Assembly: GCA_038231135.1 (NCBI GenBank)
Contig: JBBRLX010000009.1
Span: 54,222 to 118,221 of the forward strand
DNA length: 64,000 nt
Direction of reading: 5' to 3'
From: Candidatus Eiseniibacteriota bacterium
GTDB taxonomy: Bacteria; Eisenbacteria; RBG-16-71-46
Positions 9,558-17,726 of the stretch are shown here, in pieces (position 1 is the stretch's first letter; each line of letters begins with the position of its first letter). The notes beneath the pieces were generated by a model. The model was not told where the DNA came from. It saw nothing but the letters and a program-made list of their open reading frames with translations, and ran no database searches. The position numbers and the translations under genes are program-made.

Positions 9558-10538
9558 TCAGGTATAGAGCTCGCCCATCGTCACGCGCTGCGGCTTGCGC
9601 ACGTGCACGTAGGCGGAATTCGCGGCCACGCAGCCCTCGCTCGACGCCGTGAGCAGCAGCTTGTACTTGCCATCGTAGGTCACGATGTCGCCGCACGCGA
9701 ACACGCCCGTCAGCGAGGTGGTCATGTTGCCGCCGACCTTGATCTGGCTGCCTTCGATCTCGATCCCCCAGCTCTTCACCGCGTCGAGGTTCACCGCGGC
9801 CCCGATGTTGACCACCAGGTAGTCGGTCTCGATCCGCAGCGGCTCGGGAACGCCCTTCGTCTGGGCGATCACCGCGGCGATCCGCCCGCCGGCCAGCTCC
9901 AGCGACTTCACGCGGGTATTGAAGTGCCGTGGGATCTCCAGTTGATTCACGAGGTCGATGTTCGTCTCCATTCCCGTGAAACGGTCGAGCACCTGCAGCA
10001 TGACGACCTTGCCGCCCGCCTGCCGGGCGCTGTGCGCCGCCTCGAGCCCCGAGTCGCCGCCGCCGACGATCACCACGCGCCGGCCCGGCACCCTGGCACG
10101 ATCCGGCATGCGGTAGGTGAGCGAGTCCTCGTCGAGCGTGTCCTCGCCCGGCACCTTGAGCCGGCGCGGCTCGAACGCCCCGCCGCCGATCGCCACGATC
10201 ACCGCCTGCGCGGGATGCCGGGCGGGGGAGTTCGTCAGCACGTCGTGGCCGAGCACCTCGTAGCCTTCGCCCGCGCGTTCGAGCCCCGTGACTTTGAAGC
10301 CGCCGGTCATCTCGACACCCAGCTCGACCGCGTGATCGATCAGATGCTGCGCCAGGTCGTTCGCGATGATGTTCGTGTATCCCGGCCAGTCGTGCACCGG
10401 CTTGTCGCCGTACAGCGACACGAGCTGCCCGCCGACGCGGCCCGCGTCGAGCACCAGGACCGACAGCTTGCGCATGCGGCAGTACATGCCAGCGGTGAGC
10501 CCCGCGGGCCCACCCCCGATGATCACGACGTCGTGCAG
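9558..10538 (-). CDS. TrxR-like FAD/NAD(P) oxidoreductase, probable ferredoxin-NADP+ reductase (YumC-type)
   Basis: GGGPAG, GGGDSG, GVFACGD; no CxxC at the TrxR position. Start is uncertain (CTG 10538 or GTG 10526). Confidence 0.8.
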   Translation of the reverse strand: MHDVVIIGGGPAGLTAGMYCRMRKLSVLVLDAGRVGGQLVSLYGDKPVHDWPGYTNIIANDLAQHLIDHAVELGVEMTGGFKVTGLERAGEGYEVLGHDVLTNSPARHPAQAVIVAIGGGAFEPRRLKVPGEDTLDEDSLTYRMPDRARVPGRRVVIVGGGDSGLEAAHSARQAGGKVVMLQVLDRFTGMETNIDLVNQLEIPRHFNTRVKSLELAGGRIAAVIAQTKGVPEPLRIETDYLVVNIGAAVNLDAVKSWGIEIEGSQIKVGGNMTTSLTGVFACGDIVTYDGKYKLLLTASSEGCVAANSAYVHVRKPQRVTMGELYT

Positions 10539-10622
10539 AAGACCTCCGCGCGGAAGGAAGATGACCGGGATCGAAGGTAGTGCCTCGAAACGATACGTGA
10601 AAGCCCTCGCGGTCGCGCCGCC

Positions 10623-11345
10623 CTACACCCTCGCGCCGAACAGATGCCCGATCCACGCGGTGCACGCCATGGCCACCGCACCCCAGAACGCGACGCGCAC
10701 CGCTCCGCGCGTCATCGGCGCCCCGCCCAGCCGGGCCGCGAGCGCGCCCAGCAGCGCGAGCAGCACCAGCGAGCTGCCCGCCACGGCCCAGGTCACGCTG
10801 GACAGCGGCAACAGCAGCACGATGAGCAGGGGCAGTGCCGCGCCGGACGCGAACGCGGCGGCCGAGGCAAACGCCGCCTGGGTCGGACGGGCGCGCGTCG
10901 CATCCGACATGCCCAGCTCGTCGCGGGCATGTGCGGCCAGGGCGTCGTTCGCCATGAGCTGGTCCGCGACCTGGGCAGCGAGCTCGGGCGTGAGGCCGCG
11001 CGCGACATAGATGTCGGCGAGCTCCTGGTTCTCGGACTCGGGCGAGGCCGCCAGCTCGCGGCGCTCGAGGGCCAGGTCGGCCTTCTCGGTGTCGGCCTGC
11101 GAGCTGACCGAGACGTATTCGCCCGCCGCCATCGACAGGGCGCCCGCGACGAGTCCGGCGAGCGCGGCCAGCAGCACGGGGTCACGCGACGTCTGCGCGG
11201 CGGCGACGCCCACCACGAGACTGCTCGTGGAGATCAGCCCGTCATTGGCGCCGAGCACGGCCGCGCGCATCCAGCCAATGTTGTTCGTGCGATGCTTTTC
11301 GGAGTAGGGCATGGGAGCCATGGGTTGGGGCCGGGGCACGGTCAT
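10623..11345 (-). CDS. VIT1/CCC1 family Fe/Mn transporter
   Basis: WMRAAVLGANDGLIS, SMAAGEYVSVSSQ, HARDELG. Confidence 0.93.
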   Translation of the reverse strand: MTVPRPQPMAPMPYSEKHRTNNIGWMRAAVLGANDGLISTSSLVVGVAAAQTSRDPVLLAALAGLVAGALSMAAGEYVSVSSQADTEKADLALERRELAASPESENQELADIYVARGLTPELAAQVADQLMANDALAAHARDELGMSDATRARPTQAAFASAAAFASGAALPLLIVLLLPLSSVTWAVAGSSLVLLALLGALAARLGGAPMTRGAVRVAFWGAVAMACTAWIGHLFGARV

Positions 11346-11662
11346 TCGCCGTACATCTCGGTAATGATTCGGCGCAGGGCAGCGGATTCGTCTTTACTCA
11401 GGGAACCGATCCTGTCACCGAGCCGCAACTTGCTCACCGTTCGGATTTGATCGACGGCGATTTCCGCTGGTCGGCCACCGCAACGCACCCGCAATCGAGA
11501 GCGCCAGGCCGGGTGTAACTCACTCGTCAGCGGGCATACCGTGACCGTTTGCAGGCGTTGGTTCAATGTGTCCAGGCTGACGATCACCGCCGGGCGGGTC
11601 TTTGCCATTTCGGAACCGCGAATCGGATCCAGGACCGCCCAACGAATATCGTATCGCTTCAT
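11342..11662 (-). CDS. PemK/MazF family endoribonuclease toxin
   Basis: LDPIRGSEMAKTRPAVIVS, VCPLTS, DQIRTVSKLRL. Confidence 0.92.
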   Translation of the reverse strand: MKRYDIRWAVLDPIRGSEMAKTRPAVIVSLDTLNQRLQTVTVCPLTSELHPAWRSRLRVRCGGRPAEIAVDQIRTVSKLRLGDRIGSLSKDESAALRRIITEMYGE

Positions 11663-11994
11663 CGCCGTTTGGCCCGGAGACGCTTGGCGCCATAGCGGGC
11701 CGGCCGCTCCGCGACCCGGTCCTTCTTGTCGATCTGCCAGGGCAGGTCATCCATCCCATCGCCTGCCGTCTTGTCCCACGCGCTCCAGTCCTCGTGACTT
11801 GCGGCCATTTCGCGTGCCGTGTCCTCCCACGACAACTTTTCCACGGCCACCGCGGTCGGCCTGAGCAGGATCCCCTCCGCTCTCTCTTCCATCACGACGG
11901 TCTCGCCGATTCGGTAGCGTCGCAATGTCGCGGCTGGCAGGCGTACTCCGCGCGAATTGCCGATTCGCGCAACCTTCAGCTTCGAAGTCTTCAT
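11659..11994 (-). CDS. AbrB/MazE/SpoVT family antitoxin
   Basis: MKTSKLKVARIGNSRGVRLP; 4-nt overlap with the toxin. Confidence 0.9.
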   Translation of the reverse strand: MKTSKLKVARIGNSRGVRLPAATLRRYRIGETVVMEERAEGILLRPTAVAVEKLSWEDTAREMAASHEDWSAWDKTAGDGMDDLPWQIDKKDRVAERPARYGAKRLRAKRR

Positions 11995-12029
11995 GTAATA
12001 ACAGTAATAACATTTGGCGCATCTTGCAA
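11995..12029 (-). promoter_or_regulatory. TA promoter with overlapping operator repeat, predicted leaderless transcript
   Basis: TTGCAA-N17-TACTGT-N6-ATG; tandem TGTTATTAC x2 (11995-12012) covers the -10 and the start region. Confidence 0.7.
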
Positions 12030-12120
12030 GCGTCGAACGGCTGGTCAGAATCCTGCGCGACGGCCGTTGTGCTGACATGCTGGCAGCAACTGGCCGGGCG
12101 CCCCCAGGCCCCACGCCCGC

Positions 12121-12150
12121 TTGACCCCCGCTCCCGCGCCGTTCTAGCGT
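12121..12150 (+). promoter_or_regulatory. Putative sigma70 promoter, leaderless
   Basis: TTGACC-N18-TAGCGT-N7-ATG(12158); no SD sequence. Confidence 0.5.
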
Positions 12151-12157
12151 TCCGTGC

Positions 12158-12916
12158 ATGGTGACCCGCAGCGAATTCCGCATCGAACCGTCGGCCGAGC
12201 TTCTGGCCGCCACTCGCACGTGGCTCGGGCAGGTGCGGCCGGCGCTGGGCCCGGAGTTCGTGGCCGCCTACCTCACGGGCAGCGTGCTCATGGACGGGTT
12301 CGACGCCCGGAAGTCGCGCATCAACGTGCTCGTGGTGTCGCGCACGCTGACCGGCGCGATCCTCCACGCCATCGCGCGCGCGCTGCCGCCCGGGTCGAAA
12401 TCGGGCCCGCACTTCGATCCGCTGTTCCTGACGCGCTCGAACGTCGAGAAGTCGCTCGATTCGTTCCCGATCGAATGGCTCGACATCCAGGAGCGCCACC
12501 TGCTGCTCGAGGGCGACGATGTCGTCGCCGGTCTCAAGGTGACGCAGAACTACCTGCGGCTGCAGTGCGAGCACGAGCTGCGGGGCAAGTTCATCCAGCT
12601 CCGCCAGGCGTATCTCCAGCACCACAACCGGCCGGCCGAACTCGAGCGCACGCTGGCGACGGCGGCGAGCGGGTTCGCGGCGCTGTTCCGCACGCTGCTG
12701 CGGCTGCGCGGCGAGACGGTGCCGGCAACGTCCGCGCAGGTGGTCGAGCGGGTGTCGGACGTGTTCGGACTCGAACCCGAGGCGCTGATCGGCGCCCACG
12801 TCACGCGCTACGGCGGGCGCAAGCAATCGGCTGCGGAGGTGTCGGCGCTCTACGTCCAGTTCCTCGACACGCTCGATCGCCTGATCACCGCCATCGACAC
12901 GCTGCGCGTTCCATGA
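12158..12916 (+). CDS. Nucleotidyltransferase-fold protein of LemA/TPM loci
   Basis: AAYLTGS...SRINVLVV, DSFPIEWLDI, LRLQCEHELRGK. Confidence 0.7.
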   Translation: MVTRSEFRIEPSAELLAATRTWLGQVRPALGPEFVAAYLTGSVLMDGFDARKSRINVLVVSRTLTGAILHAIARALPPGSKSGPHFDPLFLTRSNVEKSLDSFPIEWLDIQERHLLLEGDDVVAGLKVTQNYLRLQCEHELRGKFIQLRQAYLQHHNRPAELERTLATAASGFAALFRTLLRLRGETVPATSAQVVERVSDVFGLEPEALIGAHVTRYGGRKQSAAEVSALYVQFLDTLDRLITAIDTLRVP

Positions 12917-13776
12917 GACTAAGGGGCGCACTGCGCCTCGCCCTCGCCGTCGTCGCGGCCGCCACGCTGCTCGTCGCGCCGCGCGCCGGCGCCCAGGCGG
13001 GGCCCGAATCCACAGCCACCACCACGGCCCCCGCCACGCCCGGCGGGCTCGCGCCGATTCCGGCGTACGCGGGCTACGTCAACGATCGCGCGAACGTGCT
13101 CGACGCGGACACCCGCGCGAAGCTCGAAGCGTTCCTTGACCAGCTCCAGAAGAAGACCGGCGCCCAATTCGCGATCCTCACCGTGCCCACCACGGCGCCC
13201 GAAGATCCCAGCGCGTACAAGGTGCGGGTGTTCCAGGCGTGGAAGATCGGCAAGAAGGGCGACGACAACGGGCTGCTGATGCTGCTCTCGGCCCAGGAGC
13301 ACGCCTTGAGGTTCGAGACCGGCTACGGGCTCGAGGGCACACTGCCGGACGGCCTCGAGTCCCGCATTTTCCGTACGGTGATGGCGCCGAAGTTCCGCGC
13401 CCAGGATTTCGCGGGCGGCATCACCGATGGCGTGCTGGCCTGCGCGCAGCGCATCGCCGCCGAGAAGGGCGTTACGCTGGAGTGGAACGGCGCCGAGTTG
13501 CGCTACTCGATGCCGCAGCCGAGGACTGGCGGCCTGATCCCCGCACTGCTGGTGTTCGGCATCATCATCGTGCTCGTGATCGTGATGAGCGGCGGCCGGG
13601 GCGGCCCCGGGGGCCGCGGCGGATATGGCCCGGGCTGGGGCACCCTCATGGGTCTCGGCGGCATGGGTGGCGGGTTCGGCGGCGGCGGCGGGGGTGGCTT
13701 CGGGGGCGGGGGCGGCGGGTTCGGCGGGTTTGGCGGCGGCAGCAGTGGCGGTGGCGGCGGTGGCGGAAACTGGTAA
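12913..13776 (+). CDS. TPM domain protein (YgcG-like) with Gly-rich tail
   Basis: YVNDRANVL, WKIGKKGDDNGLL, ETGYGLEGTLPD, a TM helix, GGGSSGGGGGGGNW; start ATG 12913 (ATGA overlap). Confidence 0.92.
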   Translation: MRLRGALRLALAVVAAATLLVAPRAGAQAGPESTATTTAPATPGGLAPIPAYAGYVNDRANVLDADTRAKLEAFLDQLQKKTGAQFAILTVPTTAPEDPSAYKVRVFQAWKIGKKGDDNGLLMLLSAQEHALRFETGYGLEGTLPDGLESRIFRTVMAPKFRAQDFAGGITDGVLACAQRIAAEKGVTLEWNGAELRYSMPQPRTGGLIPALLVFGIIIVLVIVMSGGRGGPGGRGGYGPGWGTLMGLGGMGGGFGGGGGGGFGGGGGGFGGFGGGSSGGGGGGGNW

Positions 13777-13877
13777 TGTCCCCGGCCGGTTTGAAGACTG
13801 GCTGGTCCTGATACGAGGTCGGCGCACATCGCGCCATGACCTGGAGTCCACGTGCGAACGCACGAAAGGAGCAATCG

Positions 13878-14480
13878 ATGAAACGCGGTCCCCTCATCAT
13901 CCTTGCGGTGGTTGCGGTGCTGCTCGTGATGGTCGGCGGCTGTCTGGTGGGCAACTACAACGGGCTCGTGACCAATCGTGAGGCCGTGAATCAGAAGTGG
14001 GCACAGGTGGACAACCAGCTCAAGCGCCGGAACGACCTCATCGGGAGCCTCGTCGAGACCGTGAAAGGCACGGCGATCCAGGAGCAGGAAGTTTTCGGTC
14101 AGATCGCGAACGCGCGGGCGCAGATGGCGGGCGCCCGGACGCCGGCGCAGGGCGTGCAGGCAGGTCAGGCGATGGACTCGGCGCTCGGCCGGCTGCTGGT
14201 GGTGGTCGAGAACTATCCGCAGCTCAAGAGCAACGAGGCGTTCGTGCAGCTCATGGACGAGATCGCAGGCACCGAGAACCGGCTCGCCACCGAACGCATG
14301 CGCTACAACGAGGAAGTCCAGGGCTACAACGTGCTGGTGAAGCGTTTTCCCACCAGCCTGTATGCGGCGGCGTTCAACTTCCAGCCGGCGATCTACTATC
14401 CGGTGCCCGAGCAGGACAAGGCGGCGCCCAAGGTGGACTTCGGATCGCTGCGGCGCGACAGCGCACAGACCGCACACTGA
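13878..14480 (+). CDS. lemA: LemA family protein
   Basis: YNGLV, WAQVDNQLKRRNDL, ENYPQLKSN, GTENRLATERMRYN; AAGGAG RBS. Confidence 0.95.
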   Translation: MKRGPLIILAVVAVLLVMVGGCLVGNYNGLVTNREAVNQKWAQVDNQLKRRNDLIGSLVETVKGTAIQEQEVFGQIANARAQMAGARTPAQGVQAGQAMDSALGRLLVVVENYPQLKSNEAFVQLMDEIAGTENRLATERMRYNEEVQGYNVLVKRFPTSLYAAAFNFQPAIYYPVPEQDKAAPKVDFGSLRRDSAQTAH

Positions 14481-14531
14481 GCTGAGCGGGCGGCGCGGCG
14501 CGCGGTTCGCGTGCCGCGCTCGGACACACAC

Positions 14532-14561
14532 GAGGCCGGGTTCCCTTCGGAGCCCGGCCTC
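14532..14561. terminator. Hairpin between convergent genes
   Basis: GAGGCCGGGTTCC-CTTC-GGAGCCCGGCCTC. Confidence 0.65.
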
Positions 14562-14589
14562 GATGTTCGAACGGTCGCGCGGCAGGGCG

Positions 14590-16074
14590 TTAGAAACTCA
14601 CGTCCTCGGGGGCCGCCTCGAGCGCCTCGTCCACGGCGCGGCGCAGCGCGTGCACCAGCGACGCCCGGTCGCTGCGGACCCTCGCCACGGCCTGCGCGGG
14701 CCCGACGCCCTGCTCGCGAGCTTCCGCGAGCTGCCAGCCGAGCCCGATCAGCTCGCGCGTGGCGGTGAAGTCGGCGGCGAATTCCCGGCCGGCGCCAGCG
14801 GGTTCGTTCGCGGACTCGTGCTCCGGACCGGCGTCGCCCGCCGGCACGGCACCGGCGACGATGCGCGCGAACTCGGCGACGAACCGGGTGGCGTCGAGCG
14901 CGATCGTACGCCGCAGCAGCTCCGCTCCCGCCGGCGTGGCGGCGGCGCGTCCGATGCGAACCCCGAGCCGCACCATCGACTCCGCGGTCGGCGCCAGCGG
15001 CACGAAGCCCGCAGCGCGCGCCAGCAGCTCGGCGGCTTCGATGCGGGCGGTCCCCGGCTCGCCGAACGCCAGCTCCACGGTCTCGATCGCGCGCACGCGG
15101 TCGGCGCGGGCGTTCGAGATCGCGATCGCGCCGAGCCCGCACAATGCTTCGAGCGATTCGAATACAGCGCGCGACGGCGTGCCGCCGCGTGGCTCCTCGA
15201 GCGCGATCAGCGCCTCGAGGCCGTGTTCGCTGCGGATCGGCACCAGCAGGTCCATGCGCGCCGCCGCGAACACGCGCAGCGCGGGCTCGAGTTCGGGCAG
15301 GTGTTCGAGGGCGTGGCGGTAGACCGGCCGCCCGAGTCCGGCGAGGAACGTCGCCAGCTCGCCGCCGCCCGGCACCACGAGGCGCGCGCCGCGGTCGAAC
15401 AGGTCGCCGCGCACCGACCACGGCGCGAGCTGGCCGCCGTCGCGCAGCAGCAACACGATGGCGGGAGTGTCGATCTGGGCCTGCACGCCGCGCAGCAGCC
15501 GGCGAGCGAGTTCGTCGAGGTCGCGCGTGCGATGCAGCTCGGCACCGATTCCGAATGCCAGGTCGCGCAGCTGCTGCGCGCGTCCGGCCGCGAGGTGGCT
15601 GCGGCGTGATTCCTCGTTCACGCGCGACAGATCGCGCTCGATCGTGCCGATCTGGTCGCGGGCCTGGCGCAGCGCCTGGGTGCGCGCCAGCAGCCGCTTC
15701 ACGCGCGCCAGCAGCTCGCGCGGCGAGAACGGCTTCACCAGGTAGTCGTCGGCGCCACGGGCGAACGCCACGATGCGCGTCTCGTTCTCGGCGGCGGCCG
15801 ACACCAGGATGATCGGCACCTCGCCGCCGGCGGGATCCGCACGCAGCGCCTCGCACACCTCGAGCCCGCTGCGCTTCGGCAGCCGCACGTCGAGCACCAC
15901 CAGGTCCGGCCGCTCGTGGAGCGCCTTGCGGATGCCGTCCTCGCCATCGACCGCGGTGATGACGCGGTAGCCATGGGCGGTGAACGCGATCTCGAGCAGC
16001 TCGCGAACCCGGCGGTCGTCGTCGATCACCAGGATCAGCTCTTCCGCGGTGACGCGCGGCATCGGCAGGGTCAT
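14590..16074 (-). CDS. Response regulator: canonical REC + coiled coil + GAF-like + degenerate HD-GYP-like C-terminus
   Basis: VIDDD, VLDVRLP, VSA, YLVKPFS are intact. The C-terminal helices follow an HD-GYP layout but lack HD and GYP residues. Confidence 0.75.
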   Translation of the reverse strand: MTLPMPRVTAEELILVIDDDRRVRELLEIAFTAHGYRVITAVDGEDGIRKALHERPDLVVLDVRLPKRSGLEVCEALRADPAGGEVPIILVSAAAENETRIVAFARGADDYLVKPFSPRELLARVKRLLARTQALRQARDQIGTIERDLSRVNEESRRSHLAAGRAQQLRDLAFGIGAELHRTRDLDELARRLLRGVQAQIDTPAIVLLLRDGGQLAPWSVRGDLFDRGARLVVPGGGELATFLAGLGRPVYRHALEHLPELEPALRVFAAARMDLLVPIRSEHGLEALIALEEPRGGTPSRAVFESLEALCGLGAIAISNARADRVRAIETVELAFGEPGTARIEAAELLARAAGFVPLAPTAESMVRLGVRIGRAAATPAGAELLRRTIALDATRFVAEFARIVAGAVPAGDAGPEHESANEPAGAGREFAADFTATRELIGLGWQLAEAREQGVGPAQAVARVRSDRASLVHALRRAVDEALEAAPEDVSF

Positions 16075-17726
16075 TCGGACTCCGGCGACAGGTCCAGCTG
16101 GTCCAGCAGCCGCTCGACGGCGGCCCGGCCCCAGGGCTTGCGCAACGTATGGACGATTCCGCCCTCGATCGCGGCGGCTTCGTCGATGCCGTCCCGGACG
16201 AGTGCCACCACGTCGGCGTCCCAGTCCGGCCCGTGCGCGGCCGCGCGCACCGAGGCCAGCCAGTCGGCGCCGCGCGCATCCGGCAGCTCGGCGTCGACGC
16301 ATACCAGCGCCCAGGGTCCGAGCTCGAGCGCGTCGGCGAGTTCCCGCGCGGTGCTCACGGCATGGACGTCGAGCAACTGGTCCTGGAGCAGCCTCACGAG
16401 TCCGAGCCGCGCCGAGATCGAGTCCTCGGCGATCAGCGCGCGCAACGCGAGCGGCGAGACCCGCGCGGGATCGACGAACGGCAGCTCCTCACCGTCGAAC
16501 GGGGCGACGTCGCGGGCGAACCCGGGTTCCGGCGCCGCCAGTACGGCGACGGCCGGCGCGGCGGCGGAATCCCGACCGCGGGCATGCGACGGTGACGGGA
16601 TCGTGCGCGAGTCGTCGGCCGCCGGAGCGGACCGCGACTCCCGTTCGACCGGGCGGGGCTCGGCGGGCGCCGGTTCGACCGTGAGCGGCTCGACCGCGTC
16701 GAGCAGCACCGCCGGGTCGGCCACGCGATAGACGGTGCCGTCATCGGTGCGCACCGTCCGGATCAGGCGCGGCGCGCGCGGATCGGGGCCGGTCTCGCAC
16801 GGCTCGGCCGGCAGCCGCCACACCAGCCGGTCGGCCACGAAGTACGCCCGCTTCACGCCGTGCGCGACCAGCACCACCGGATATTCGGCGGCGCCGGTTT
16901 CGAGCGGCACGAGCGGGGCCAGCAGCGGCAGGCCCAGCGACATCACGCCCGCGTCGAACTCCGCACGCGGCGTCATGCACAGCCGCAGCACGGCGTGCCA
17001 CGGCAGCGCGAGCTCGAGGCCGTTCTGCGACACCATGAGATAGGTGGCGCGCGAGGTGGCGATGGGTACGCGCAGCATCCACGCCCCGCCCGCCGGGGCC
17101 ACGCCCGCGGCCCGTCCGGTCGTGGCCACCGGACCGAGATTGCCGCCGATCGCCGCGATCACCTTGGCGGCGGCGGCGACGCCGCCGATGTTCACGCGCG
17201 GCAGCGCGACTTCGAGCGCGGAATCCTCGGCACGGAGCCGGATGTGGCTGGGGTCCGCCATACCGTCACCGAGCCAGTCGAGCGCGGCGCGGAGCGCCGC
17301 GGCGACCTGCGCCGTGAGCCGGACGCGCGCCGCGGTCGCGCGCGACGCATCGTCGGCGAGCGGCAGGTCGTCAAGCGCCTCCAGGGCGGTGAGCGTGCCT
17401 TCGAACGACATGCGGGCTTCGCCTTCGATCACCTCGCCGCATTCGACCGCGAGCTTCGCGAGCTCGGTGTCGGCGGTCATGAACGGCGCCAGGCTCGCCT
17501 CGGCGATGGCCAGGTCGCACAGCGCGCGCAACCGGCGGACGATCGCATCCGTCCGGGGGTCGCCGGGACGGCACACGTCGAGCGCGCGGTCGAGGCCGTC
17601 GAGCCCCAGCACCTGCGCCACGTCCCGCGCCGCGGGCAGCCCGTCGCCTTCAAGTGGGGCATCGAGCGCTCCGCGCACGGCTCCGGTCAGGGCCTGCACG
17701 ATTTCGTTCGGCACCGGCGTCGTCAT
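16071..17726 (-). CDS. Degenerate CheA-like protein (eroded Hpt/HATPase, CheW-like P5 domain, C-terminal REC)
   Basis: GVAAAAKVIAAIGGNLG...WMLRVPIATSRATYLMVSQNGLELALPWHAV resembles the CheA P4/P5 junction; REC motifs LIAEDS, VDAELP, LRKP. Start ATG 17726. Confidence 0.65.
   Translation of the reverse strand: MTTPVPNEIVQALTGAVRGALDAPLEGDGLPAARDVAQVLGLDGLDRALDVCRPGDPRTDAIVRRLRALCDLAIAEASLAPFMTADTELAKLAVECGEVIEGEARMSFEGTLTALEALDDLPLADDASRATAARVRLTAQVAAALRAALDWLGDGMADPSHIRLRAEDSALEVALPRVNIGGVAAAAKVIAAIGGNLGPVATTGRAAGVAPAGGAWMLRVPIATSRATYLMVSQNGLELALPWHAVLRLCMTPRAEFDAGVMSLGLPLLAPLVPLETGAAEYPVVLVAHGVKRAYFVADRLVWRLPAEPCETGPDPRAPRLIRTVRTDDGTVYRVADPAVLLDAVEPLTVEPAPAEPRPVERESRSAPAADDSRTIPSPSHARGRDSAAAPAVAVLAAPEPGFARDVAPFDGEELPFVDPARVSPLALRALIAEDSISARLGLVRLLQDQLLDVHAVSTARELADALELGPWALVCVDAELPDARGADWLASVRAAAHGPDWDADVVALVRDGIDEAAAIEGGIVHTLRKPWGRAAVERLLDQLDLSPESE

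Noticed and set aside
9558..10538. Thioredoxin reductase (trxB) call
   Set aside because: The redox-active CxxC is absent; an FNR-type enzyme fits better.
6910..10665. Apparent 1251-aa PhzF fusion, and similar long N-terminal extensions of pheA, TPR, pgaA, pgaB and the CheA-like ORF
   Set aside because: The extensions overlap real genes in another frame; true starts coincide with stop/start overlaps.
13590..13770. GGC-rich low-complexity tract
   Set aside because: Normal Gly-rich tail of TPM-domain proteins.
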